Of a stretch of DNA of 64,000 bases, positions 52,151-64,000 are shown piece by piece. The position numbers were made by a program, and so were the translations under genes. How positions within the stretch are numbered: the stretch's first letter is position 1; each line of letters starts with the position of its first letter. The DNA comes from Lytechinus pictus (lineage: Eukaryota), in assembly GCF_037042905.1 (NCBI RefSeq), contig NC_087251.1, positions 43,774,001 to 43,838,000 on the forward strand. The letters run 5' to 3'. The notes under the pieces are model-generated. The model was given only the letters and a program-made list of their open reading frames with translations. It was not told where the DNA came from and made no database searches.

Positions 52151-53396
52151 AGGGGTGATAATTTTAGGATAAGAATTAATAAAGAATTATGGTTTGAGAA
52201 AGTTAGGAGGGAAATGTTATGTGCAGCCGGAAAAGGGATCAAATATCTCCAGAAAACATAGTAATGACCATTATTATTACTTTCACTCTCGTTTTGTATA
52301 CATCATATCCTTGACCATTTGTCAACAATGAAAGACTGACCGTCTATTGTAGCCATTGCACAAAATTTGGTAATAACTAAAACATTTGCTAGAGTACTTG
52401 AAATATTTCAAAACCGAAAGTGTCAAGTACTTCATAAGCACTTTCCAACAGCATGGCTAGTGATATTATTTTTAGAAATGGATACGAATTATGCAAAGAT
52501 AGTTCTTCGATAAAGTGTACATTTTATGTATCTTTTTAATTATGCGAAATTTGGGGTATGTGGAAATTTAGTTTGTAAGTTAACCTTCTTCAAATTATAA
52601 CATTTCAACACATTAATGGGTTGATTATCTTAATCTGTTAATATATCCAAGTCTTGATTTTGTTTAGATGATAACTAGTTTGATAAGTCCCTCCTAATAC
52701 CGAAAATAAATTTTGCAATGTCGAAATGTCACTTCTAAGTAAAGAACTCTCTAAAAATAAAACGTGTCCTATCTATCAAACAAAATAATTGCTGTCATTG
52801 TTCTTATCAATTAACGAAACTAAGGGGATTTAAAAAGAAAATATTTGAGGAAAAGCTGTTTACAGCGTATTCTAAGCCCCTCTCTAGTTTTTGGTAAATC
52901 CTTCCAAAAGTGTTGGTCACTCTTCATGTTTTATTAACCTATATGAATGTTTATAAGTAAAATCGTGTTGTAGGGGATGTATTCTGCCATTTTACAATTC
53001 TTAAATTATCTTTCGTGTAAAATCATTTCTCAAGCATGGAATGCTGGGAAGAATGAGGGATTAAATCTTTGTATAGGTTTCTGATTTTCGATTATCAAAT
53101 TTGTAAGATAAGATTTTTTTTTAAGGAGAATTAATAACATTACCGAGAGAGGATGCTAAATATTCTTACATGTCATTGGTAATTTAACCCCCCCCCCCAA
53201 AAAAAAAAAATGATGACATTCTAATAACTCACAATGAATCAAAGATTTTAGACAGAGTATAAGAAACATAATAGTCATTAAAATGGCGCTTAAAAGACTT
53301 TTTTTTTTTTTTTGGGGGGGGGGGGGGGCTTTTTGTTTGGAATTTCTGCCGTTATAAATAACTCTTCCTCATGTACCCTTTTAGTTCTTCTGATGA

Positions 53397-53716
53397 TAAT
53401 TATAATGTAATAATAGGCATTTATATAGCGCCATCTATCTAGAAATAATCTATTCCGAGGCGCATTGTTATTATTGCGGAATGTGAAACAATAAATCAAA
53501 TCAAATCAATTACCCCAACTTTAGCTGGAGCAGCCTCTCAGCGCTCATGCATTCAAGGAATTAATCTTGCCGGAGACCCATTCACCTCACCTGGGTCGAG
53601 TGCATCACAGCGTGGATAAATTTCTTGCTGAAGGAAAACACGCCGTGGCTGGGATTCGAACCCACGACCCTCTGTTTGGAAGACGAGAGTCGGAACCACT
53701 AGACCACGACGCGTCC
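53397..53716 (-). mobile_element. tRNA-derived SINE, same family as 22482
   Basis: Minus strand reads GTGGTCTAGTGG...GGTTCGAATCCC...TCCTTCAGCAAGAAATTT...CACTCGACCCAGGTGAG, with an (ATT)n tail. Confidence 0.85.
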
Positions 53717-53924
53717 GTGATATCTGTCCATGAGACCCACTCTATCCTTCCTATTTTCTTCTTGTCACCCTTTATCCATTCTCTCCCCGATCGCCTTCCT
53801 CGTGTTCCTCATCAATCTCTCAATACTTTCCCCTCAATCGTTTTCTCATTCGATCTGTCTATCCCCTCCTCTCCCCAACGGTTTTATTTGTTTTGTTTGT
53901 TTGTTTGTTTTATTTTTATTTCTG

Positions 53925-54763
53925 CGTTTTATGAACTAGACCAATACACTTATAGAGATATGATGGCAATTCAACAAATACCCCCAACGTGGCCAAAGTT
54001 CTTTGACCTTACATGACCTTTGACCTTGATCATGTGACCTGAAACTCGCACAGGATGTTCAGTGATACTTGATTACTCTTATGTCCAAGTTTTATGAACT
54101 AGACCAACACACTTTCAAATTTATGGCTGTAATTCAACAAATACCCCAATTTGGCCAAAGTTCATTGACCCTAAATGACCTTTGACCTTGATCATGTGAC
54201 CTGAAACTTGCACAGGATGTTCAGTAATACTTGATTACTATTATGTCCAAGTTTCATGAATCAGATCCATAAACTTTCAAAGTTATGATGGTAATTCAAC
54301 AGATACCCCCAATTCGGCCAAAGTTCATTGACCCTAAATGACCTTTGACCTTGGTCATGTGACGTGAAACTCATGCAGGATGTTCAGTGATACTTGATTA
54401 ACCTTATGTATAAGTTTCATGAACTAGGTCTATATATTTTCTAAGTTATGATGACATTTCAAAAACTTAACCTTAGGTTCAGATTTTGATGTTGATTCCC
54501 CCAACATGGTCTAAGTTCATTGACCCTAAATGACCTTTGACCTTGGTCATGTGACATGAAACTCAGGCAGGATGTTCAGTAATACTTGATTAACCTTATG
54601 GCCAAGTTTCATGAACTAGGTCCATATACTTTCTAAGTTATGCTGTCATTTCAAAAACTTAACCTCAGGTTAAGATTTGGTGTTGACGCCGCCGCCGCCG
54701 CCGCCGTCGCCGTCGGAAAAGCGGCGCCTACAGTCTCACTCTGCTATGCAGGTGAGACAAAAA
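53925..54763 (-). mobile_element. HINE-like element, 3'-truncated, nearly identical to 10244-11070
   Basis: Reverse complement matches the 10.2-kb copy unit by unit; longer (GGC)n. Confidence 0.88.
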
Positions 54764-55212
54764 GTAGCAATTGCTTTTTCTAGGCTTTTGCTTGATTCCG
54801 TATGCATAAGAATGAGCGAGCAACGCTTTTGCTAGTAAGTTCAAGCAATCGGTAACTGACTGCAAGCATTTCCTTGACGATTAAGCTTTTGCTAAAAAGT
54901 GTAAGCATAAAGCGAACATTTCGCTTGTGCGTTTAGGCACTTGCTTGCTCCGTCGGAGCAGCACGTCTGAGGAAAAGATGTTATAGGAAAGAAGCGGTAA
55001 TTTGCATTGCCACACCTTTGCGCTCGAGTCCTGCGTGTGAGTCGCGCCAGCGTGACGTTGCTATTGCTTTCTGAAGGCAAGAAAAAGGGTTCAAGCACTA
55101 GCAATGGGTTATGCATATTAAGTAAAGCAATTGATGAAGCATGATGTCTTGCTTAGCTAGCTATTGCTCATGCTTGAAGCTTATGCATCTGACCCAATAT
55201 GTGCAGTATATG

Positions 55213-56685
55213 CACTGGCGTAAATCCGTGTTGATGGGTGGGGGGGATGACTGAAATATTTTGGCATTTTTTTGCAATCATGTTTTTAGATATGCAAGGA
55301 ATTGTCATTGATATGTCCACAGTGGCGTACCGTGGGTCACGGCATTGGGGAGGGGGGGCACCAGTAAAATTTTTGAATCACTAAGTGAGTGCGCGAAGCG
55401 CGCTAAGTTGCCAGTTATACTGACCTAATAGAGACATTTTAAGGACAATGTCATTAAACGGATATGTATCTCACTGATCAAATAATGCGAGCGCGAAGCG
55501 CGAGCTGAAATTTTTTATATTCACACCTAAAAAGGGACAATATAATCAAATTTGTGTTATCATGATAGGTACCTGTCTCGCTAATCAATGCGCGCGCGAA
55601 GCGCGAGCTGAAAACTTAGATAATTCAGACCTGAAGTGGGGCATTCTAAGGTTTCTTTGTAGGAATTAACTAGGACCATACGTATTTCATTAACAAAATG
55701 ATGCGAGCGCGAAGCGCGAGCTGAAAATTTTTGATATTCAGATCAGAAGGGACATTTTAAGGACTGATTTTAGGAATTCATGAAGAGCAGACATATCTCA
55801 CCAATCCACTAGTGCGAATGTAATCACATACAGGAAATGTTTCATATAATTATAAGAAGACCTTAACATGGGGCAATCACTTTTGAGTCATAAAGAAGAA
55901 GCATATGTCACTACATAAAACAATGATAACTCAAGTTATATATTTGGTTTATATTGACTTGAAAACGGGATGTTTTAGTACAACAGGATTATATATCTCG
56001 TTAAACAGACAATGCGAGCACCAGGAATAATAAAAAAAGACGTAGGCCCTGGGCAAATTATGTTTCATAAAGTTGTAATGTAACATAACATAATTATAAT
56101 ATAATATAACATTATAATGAATATTTTCTTCTTTCCCACTACGTTTCTCTTCCTTTCTCCCTTTTTTCTCCTTTCCCCCTTTCCCCGTTTTTTTTTGTCA
56201 GCCGATGGGGGGGGGGGGGGGATGTGCCCCCATGCCCCCCGTAGTTACGCCACTGTATGTCCATATGGCAAATACCCCTCCAATATTTTTATCTTTTTTA
56301 CCCCATGATGGTTTAATGGTTTTATTAGAGATTACATTAAAAAATTGTTGACATTCCATCGTAATCCCTTCCCAAAGACCCCAACATTGATGAATTGGAA
56401 GAAACAGGGATTTCTCTTCAATGTTATAATAAGGACATAAGTATTTCGTTTGGAAATGGTGAAATGGCTCTTTATTTGCATTTTATGATTCAATAATATT
56501 GTTTTATTTGTTAAGCGGTATTTTAGGAAGAATTTTCACCAATAAAACAATTATCTCTTGTGATTTTTTTTTTATTTCTTTCGTAAAAAGTGGGGGGGGG
56601 GGGGATGTTTGTACAGGCCATCCCCCCCTCCTCGAAAAGTGGGGGGGATATATCCCCCCCATCCCCCCCGGGATTTACGCCAGTG
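55213..56685. mobile_element. hAT-like non-autonomous element (outer)
   Basis: TIR CACTGGCGTAAATCC / GGATTTACGCCAGTG; perfect 8-bp TSD AGTATATG. Confidence 0.9.
55320..56255. mobile_element. hAT-like non-autonomous element (nested inner)
   Basis: TIR CAGTGGCGTA / TACGCCACTG; perfect 8-bp TSD TATGTCCA; internal GCGAGCGCGAAGCGCGAGCTGAAA repeats. Confidence 0.9.
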
Positions 56686-56802
56686 AGTATATGAAGGTGA
56701 GAAATAGGTATTAAATGTGGATACCTACTTCCTGGGTAGACTATCATGACTATCTGACTTTCTGAATGTCGCCACCTAGCGACTTCACATGTCAATTGTT
56801 AA

Positions 56803-57385
56803 AGGAGAATGAAACTCTTGGAGCAAGTTAGCTTTTGTGAAAGCAGAAAAATCAAAGAATAAGATCAACAAAAGTTTGAGTAAAATAGGACTAGCAATAA
56901 AAGAGTTATGAGCATTTGAATGTCGAGATCACTAATGCTATGGAGATCCTCCCATTGGCAATGCGACCAAGATCTGTGATGTCACACACGTACAACTCTC
57001 CCATTTGGACACTGAAAATATACCCCAAAACATCTCTTTTTGCTCAATCTAATCATATGACAAACGATTCATCAATGATATAATGTTGTGAAACCTCTGT
57101 ACTTGTCATCTCATAAAGAGAACACCTCACATTGTGATAGACTCTATAAAAGTGAGAATATAAGTGAAATAAGTACTAAAGTAATGAGGGAGTTGTACGT
57201 GTGTGATATCACAGATCTTGGTCGCATTGCCGATGGGAGGATCTACATGGCACTAGTGATCTCAATATTCAAGTGCTCATAACTTTCTTATTATTTATTC
57301 AATCTTCCTCAAACTTTCAACAATGTGTTTCTTTGATTTTTCTCTTTGATATGGATTCAGCTGGTTTCAAGGGTTTCATTCTCCT
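56803..57385. mobile_element. Kolobok-like non-autonomous element
   Basis: TTAA TSD; perfect 13-bp TIR AGGAGAATGAAAC; ~90-bp internal inverted repeat (about 56905-56998 / 57189-57283). Confidence 0.85.
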
Positions 57386-59860
57386 TTAATGATTATAGCG
57401 TGGATAAGCATAGATTTCCTTGATTATAAACATTGAATTGGCTATCCAGTTAAACCACAACTTCAGATTCGAGTTCAGAATGTGGGCCAATGTATTTTAT
57501 TGCCCCATTATTTTATCGAATTTCTATGATTATATTATGTAAATAAATAAAAAATTCCTGTTTTTTTTTATGCGACAGCCAAATTTTTTCTGCCAACTTC
57601 GGGGAATGTTCTGTACAGTTGTTTCAATCAAGGACCGTATACTCACTGTGTTGTGAACATGTCTAACGCTCCCCCACCCCTCCTCGACAGCGGCTTTATC
57701 CCGGCGGGCGGGGAAATGGTTTGTGGTAAGGTCTGTTTAGCTCAGGAAAAGCACCGCCTCACCACAGCCGAGCTGGGGGGGGGGGGGGGTTAGTTAACAC
57801 AAAGACCACCGTAAAATAAACAAAATAAACGCAAAAGACAAATAAAATATTTAAATTTCTAACTTGGTCGCTTGTTTATTATATCTAAAATTTATGTTTA
57901 CACTTCATTGGTTTTCTCAACAGTTGGTTTCCTCAAAACCCATGACCATCATGGTTTACTTTCTAGTATTACCCAAAATACACTGTAAATTATGAGCTCA
58001 ACATACATGTACATTCGCACCACCACTCACAATATTAGTAAGGGAAAAGATAAAGGGATAAGGAGAAAAGAAAGAGTATTTATAGTCCGTGGGCCCTAAG
58101 TTTTTAATGTCCTTCGTAGTATTATAGGATTAAATGTTTATAGTTCTAATTATATAGGCCTTTTATATGAAGAAACTTGTCTACTTAGCTGATTTCTGGA
58201 TTCTCTCTTTCGACGTTCCTCGCTCCGACGACGTTTCCTCCATTTCAATCAGTCCACGGTCGGTTCACCAGCTCCTTTTCCACAGGTTTCCACCAGGATC
58301 AACAAAAATGTGTTCATTCCTCGTTATCACTTGGAACACTTTAACTTGTTGCAGTTCGTTACTGAACATATTATAATAGTAAAGAAGATACATCATGTCC
58401 AGTTGTTTGAATTTCAAGAACAAAATTGGAGGCTATTGAACTGAAGATTATTTGCTTGGCCAAATATCACAGTCTTAAATTCGTTGCTCTCTTTAACACT
58501 CGGCAAATCGAAGACACAGACGACAAAATTTTAAAAGTTTCTTTCTGTAGCAGGACAAACTTTGATTTAACTTTAATAGCAGGTTCTTCAGGAGTCCATT
58601 TGGTTACGAAGACGAAGAAATAAAAGAAAGAAGAAGAAGGAGAGGGGGTGGCAAATGCTCTGGGACGTGGATGAAATCTATGCGGGTGCAAGTGCAAAGA
58701 AGAAAGGGAAACGTGGGGTTTTATACTGCATTCACACTCAGCCAAGCTACCTAGCTCACACCTCTATTCCAGAAAATATCTTATTATTTTCTATTATTTT
58801 TTCCATCCCATAAGAATCTTTTGGTCACCTGATCTTACTCCACTGTCACTCTTTTTGATAGACAGGGCAAAACCCTTTTTCATTGGTCAAAATATTTTAA
58901 ATAAACTCTCAAATTTCTCATTTTAAATTCCAAGATCATTCTTACCTCCTAATTGGTCAATTAGAGGGGCAGGACTTACTCCGTTCAGCGAAGGTACACT
59001 GGACTCTCTCTATCCCCTACTATCGAGAACCTACTGACAGCTTAAGCTCTACGGAGTCAATTAACAAGTGACAGACCGACACCTGCCTTTATTCAAAATA
59101 TCAACAAATATACAACTAAAAATTGACAAAAATAAATTCTCTGTCCAGGATAGTTCAATATTCTCTCAATTTGCTCTGCCATTCAGTCTACAAAACCATT
59201 TAAAACTGTGAAAAAGTATTTGTTAGTCGGTCCTATATCGCATAGGAATCCTCTACCCTCGAATTGCCCTTTTTCTGGAATTCAGGTGCCTTTTGGTGTG
59301 TTCACACTCTACATTAATCTTCGCTATGCTGCACATGTATACGATGGTTCTCTTTCCATCAGGAAACGTTTCTTTTCGTTGTCGACATCGCAGTCCCCAT
59401 GAAAAGTACAAGTTTCTTGAAATTGTGCCGTAATTTTCGTACTCCTTGTGTAATTCTCACCCGCTTCGTCAAAATTCCGCCATTTATTCCATTTACCATA
59501 AATTTTGTCTGTTTTTTTAATAATTATGGCTATATCATACTCATTTCCATTTCATCCTAGTATCCATTTGATCTATCATTGTACTACGTCCATAATGATT
59601 AGATGAACTTCTTGTGAAACTTTCATTTTACAAAGTGCAAATTAAATAAGTATACGAAGGGTAAATAAGACTATCTAGACATTAGATTAAATAGAAATTA
59701 GACCAAAATAATGAGTCTTTGACCACCACCATAGACAGTTTGGCCAAACGGCATTCAGACAAAATTGAGATTAGACGTGATGGAGTTAGACGATCTTAGA
59801 ATAAGACCATCCGCTAGTGGATATAAAACCATTATCACATACGTATATGTCGTCAATATT

Positions 59861-60275
59861 CGTCATCGTCGTCATCATCACCATCATCATCACTATCATT
59901 ATCACCATCACTATTATCATCATCACCATTATCAGCATCATCATCATTATCATCACTTTCATCACCACCACTATCATCGTCTTCATCAATACCATCACCA
60001 CCACCATCACAATCGTCATCATCACCATCATCACTATCCTCATCACCATCACCATTATCAGAATCATCATTATCATCACTTTCATCACCATGCGTCACCA
60101 TCGTCATCACCATCATCTTCATCATCATCATCATCATCACTATCATCACCTTCACTATCATCAACACCATTCACCGTCGTCCTCTTTGTCATCATCATTG
60201 ACATCATCATCGTTATCATCTTCACTAGCTATATCATTATCTTGATCATCATCATCATCATCATCACCACCACCA
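59861..60275. repeat. (CAT)n-type microsatellite
   Basis: Degenerate trinucleotide array. Confidence 0.92.
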
Positions 60276-61216
60276 TAAGTTATGTGCACAACAAGCATCA
60301 GGATACTTAATATAGATAACAAGTTATTATACCAATTGTATGATTTATTATCATATTTGGACAAAAAATATATATTTCATTTAATATAAATATATATATG
60401 TACATATAAGTTTAAATTGAAATATGATAAATATGAATTTATAAATTATATTGAAGAATGATGACCTTAACTGTGCAACTATAATATATATAAATATTCA
60501 AAAGGTATGCAAAATACTTGTTCAGTGTTTGAAAATGAATCAATTCACTCATCAAATATTCATCCAAGAAATCACAAATACGTTATTTGATATGAATATT
60601 TTGTTTTAAACTTGGCGTATTAGTATAAATAAAAACAATGTATATAAAAGCATAGTAATATACATATACATCATATAGTATTTATTAGTCAACTAAACCC
60701 AATTATTATGTCTTCAAAAACTAATGTACTAGTTTGACCGACTGAAGAAATATTCTACGTCATTTTCATTTCGGAAATCACATTTATATCTTAACGAACT
60801 TTTTGTTCACATGTTACGTCAAGAAAACTATAGATTTTACATTAACAAATACCCTTAACCACATTATTAGACAACTTACTCATACAAACAAAATGGTGAA
60901 TTTGGGATATTCACATATACGGAATAACGTAAAATCACAAAGAATCCCATACTGGGGCAAATAATATTAAAATATAACGTACCAATGTGGTTTACCGCTG
61001 TTACTTTATTACCACTTGCATTTTAATGCCGGTAATGATTTTTTTAAATAATAATATATGAGAAAACAAGAGATAAGAACAAAGTGGGGTTTTAAAGATT
61101 GTTAGGCAGCCTACATAAACAAAATATATATAGAACTATCTACTTGAATTTATATAGGAGCATGATGATTATATATATATATATCTACTCATTTATCCTT
61201 TAAATGAGTAGATCTA

Positions 61217-61255
<39 letters not shown>

Positions 61256-61907
61256 CATCAATAATGATCCCAATAAAAGTATCCTAATTCTGTTGTACAT
61301 TGGATTAAATGAATCGGTAGAATATATATGTCGTAGTTAAGCAAGCTATACATTATATACTTCTTATTATAAGATACCTGCCTCTTTCATATATTATTTC
61401 CATGATATAAAATTAAAGCGAGAAAGGTGTAAAAAAATATATACATCTACAATTTACAAAAAATATCAGCTACAATTAAAAAAAAATCAGCTACAGTGTG
61501 CCAAATATTTAATTGGATTCTTGAGTTTCATTCCACATAATTTGAGCTGTACATGAAATATTCAAGATGGTGTAGAATTATTAATTTCGATTGAAAGTAC
61601 AAAGACTTTTATCTATCTGACTGACTAAATTTGATTTGATTTATTTCTGCATTCACATCAGTATCAGAATTACAAAATACATGTATACAATATACAAATT
61701 GAATGACGAATATATTTCATATAAATTAGAATTGTTTTAATCGGCACCAAGCCAAATTAGCAAATCACAAACGACAATTCAGAAAACAATCCACGAAGAA
61801 TTGGATGTTCAGCCTCAGATACTGTCAGCAATTTTGCTTTAGATCTCTAGTTTTATTTCATTATTTTCTTATAAAGAAACTAAGTGAAATATTTAGATGT
61901 TGAGAAT

Positions 61908-62296
61908 TCATTCTAAGATACTGCTGAGTTTCCGGACTAACCGCCTGTTGTAAGGCATGATGACGTCTCCTCTTGTGATTTGGAGTGTGGATTCAGTCAG
62001 CCCACCCTCTGCGTCCATGAAAACGACAATCTTTTGACCACGTCTGAAAGATTGAGCACTGCATCCGCGAAGACGTGGTATCGTCATCTGGAGCATACCT
62101 TCGCTATCTTCAAGCGTGGCCGGTAGAACCCCACGAAGAGGATCAACTGATTCTATAGAGTAGGACATGGAATTGTCTTGGCTGTCGATGTCTGAAATGA
62201 TCGCGATGAAAACGCGTTCTTTGGGTCGAAGTATGTCGGTACAAGTTGACGAGATTCGGTCACTCCTGTGTTTCAAGTTGCAATGGCATTGAGGGT
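61908..62296 (-). CDS. Gene B terminal exon (NTR-like domain)
   Basis: Within ORF 61908..62381; phase 1 acceptor; TGA at 61910-61908. Confidence 0.85.
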
Positions 62297-63753
62297 CTGC
62301 AAAATTAAATACAAACAAAATAAATGACCGATTAAAAATAAAAAGTAACTCGAAGGATATCACATCTTCCGAAGTACACACTAATAATGAAGTTGCAGTT
62401 ACTAATATTTTTTTAAGTGTAAGCTAATAGAGTTCTTTGTTCTCGTGAGTATTTTTTTTTTTTTGGGGGGGGGTCTTATATTCGGGGATAAAATAGTAGA
62501 AAGCATAGAAAACTTCATTTCTAAGGTGTAAGTAAACAGGTATAAGAAAATGGCACCGTTTGCTATCAGAATATCCAATCGGATTCTTACTCATGTTAAT
62601 GGGGGAGGGTGGCCGGGCTCGTTTTTTTTGTGTGTGTGGTTATTTGTGTATAATGAAGGTACACAGATATGTTATGAAGAAACAGTTCCCATCCCACCTC
62701 TCCATGTGATTCGAATCTTTACCTTGTGCGGATGACTCGTTTGGACATGTCTCTCCTCGAGGGCTGATAGTGTAATCGTCACAGCAAGTCTCCTTCGATG
62801 GTTGGTAGTAAGAAGCACCACAGCATTCGGCACCGTTAACCTTGTCATGCAACTCTCCTTGACAGCAGTCAAAGCGAGTAGGATTGTACGGAGTGTCCAC
62901 GCAACAAGACGTCTTGCCACTGGACGCATCCGATGGTCGACCATTGCAGCATATGAAGTCATCCCGAAGATCGAATACAAAGTTACCACAGCAGGTCTGT
63001 GTCAACGCGTCGTACTCCTGCTCGTCACACAGTAAACGGATATCTACCCCGTTGTTGACCTCCTCTTCTCCTGCATCAGGTATGATGTATTCTGTAACAA
63101 GTGGTGTGATGGTATCAGAATCAGAGCACATCTCTATTGTAACATTGAAAATCTTGGAACCGCAACAGTCTTGTTCTGAAGAGGAAAACGACACTCCACC
63201 GCAGCATCCAAAATCATCGTTTTGCATGTGTACCTCCCCGCCACAACAAGTCTCGATGTAGGTATTGATGACGTTACCACCGCAGCATTCGTTGGGGTCT
63301 CCTTGGAGGAGGGGGATACCGTTACAGCATGTCTGGTAGTGAGTGTCGATCAGTTCACCACCACAGCATTCGATGTGGTGTCCCTGGAGATTTGGCCAGA
63401 CCATACCTCCGCAGCAGATCTCCTCGTCCGGGTTCCTCACAATGTCAATGCCGCAGCATTCGCCATCAGCGACAAACTTGTGCTCGACGCCACCACAGCA
63501 CGTATGTTGGGAGCTCTGATACGTATCAGCATCACAACAAGATATAGCATGTTCTGCCATTCTGGACTGGGTAAAGGGGAAGAGGTCATTCATACAACAG
63601 CTCTCTGTGCGAGGATCGTACGTCATATCACCACAGCATTGAAGTCCAGCTTGTCCTTGGCTGAGGTATCCATTGCAACATACGCTGGTAAGGTCATCTG
63701 ACTCATAGGTCTGGGTACCGCAACATTCTGTCCTATCACTTGCTCGGGTATGT
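61908..63753 (-). CDS. Gene B: tandem paralog of gene A, last two exons complement(join(61908..62296,62723..63753)); 5' part lies outside the window
   Basis: About 20 CC repeats in a 1031-nt exon (CACAG acceptor, G|GTAAAG donor). It is followed by a TTTGCAG-preceded terminal exon CHC..CT..VFIAII..YSIESV..GC..FRRGQKIVVF..VIMPYNRRLVRKL, which is NTR-like. Confidence 0.88.
62723..63753 (-). CDS. Gene B penultimate exon (acidic galaxin repeats)
   Basis: Within the 376-aa ORF 62640..63770; phase 2 in, phase 1 out. Confidence 0.92.
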
Positions 63754-64000
63754 CTGTGAATCGGATACAAAGGAATAATTTATTTATCATCAGTGACATC
63801 GAGACCCATGTACGATAAAACGCAGTTCTATTAATTGAATAAATAAATGCATCACTTTCCAAAAATATAAACCTTGATTAAGTACTCTCCCAAAAAGCAT
63901 ACATGCTGTCATGGGGAGAAATTTGAAATGTTGAAACTATCACACACAGAACTCAGATGGTAAAAAAAAATATTTTTATACTTGTAAGACGGGTTCCAGA

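Noticed and set aside
51841..52242. Poly-Leu/Pro, poly-Val and Ser/Gly ORFs
   Set aside because: Artefacts of the (TAG)n/(TGG)n microsatellite.
53640..53716. tRNA-like sequences here and at about 22482 and 14495
   Set aside because: Imperfect stems, differing anticodon-position triplets between copies and attached SINE bodies and tails indicate SINE heads.
59765..60364. His-rich and Asp-rich ORFs that could pass for biomineral proteins
   Set aside because: They coincide with a (CAT)n tract open in several frames and have no signal peptide or splice context.
62802..63701. Plus-strand and alternate-frame ORFs over gene B, and likewise over gene A exons
   Set aside because: Shadow frames of GC-richer coding exons.

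Overview
Eukaryotic, AT-rich, repeat-dense genomic DNA with spliceosomal introns. The repeat types suggest a marine invertebrate, probably a sea urchin (inference). Three genes can be rebuilt from GT-AG junctions with consistent phases. (1) The last six coding exons of SART1/Snu66 on + (1749-7923). (2) Gene A, a complete 12-exon gene on - (34923-18709, 1172 aa), encoding a signal peptide, about 45 Cys-Cys galaxin-type repeats and a C-terminal NTR (netrin C-terminal/TIMP-like) domain. (3) Gene B, the last two exons of a tandem paralog on - (63753-61908), with the same architecture and intron phases. The upstream region and first intron of gene A carry a cluster of near-perfect NF-kB sites plus C/EBP, AP-1 and CRE motifs. 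This suggests a tandem family of inducible, secreted galaxin-NTR proteins, the best candidate for an undescribed system. The rest is non-autonomous DNA transposons (HINE-, Tc1/mariner-, Kolobok-, hAT-, Harbinger- and IS3EU-like), tRNA-derived SINEs, local duplications and microsatellites. All calls were made by eye; no database searches were run.
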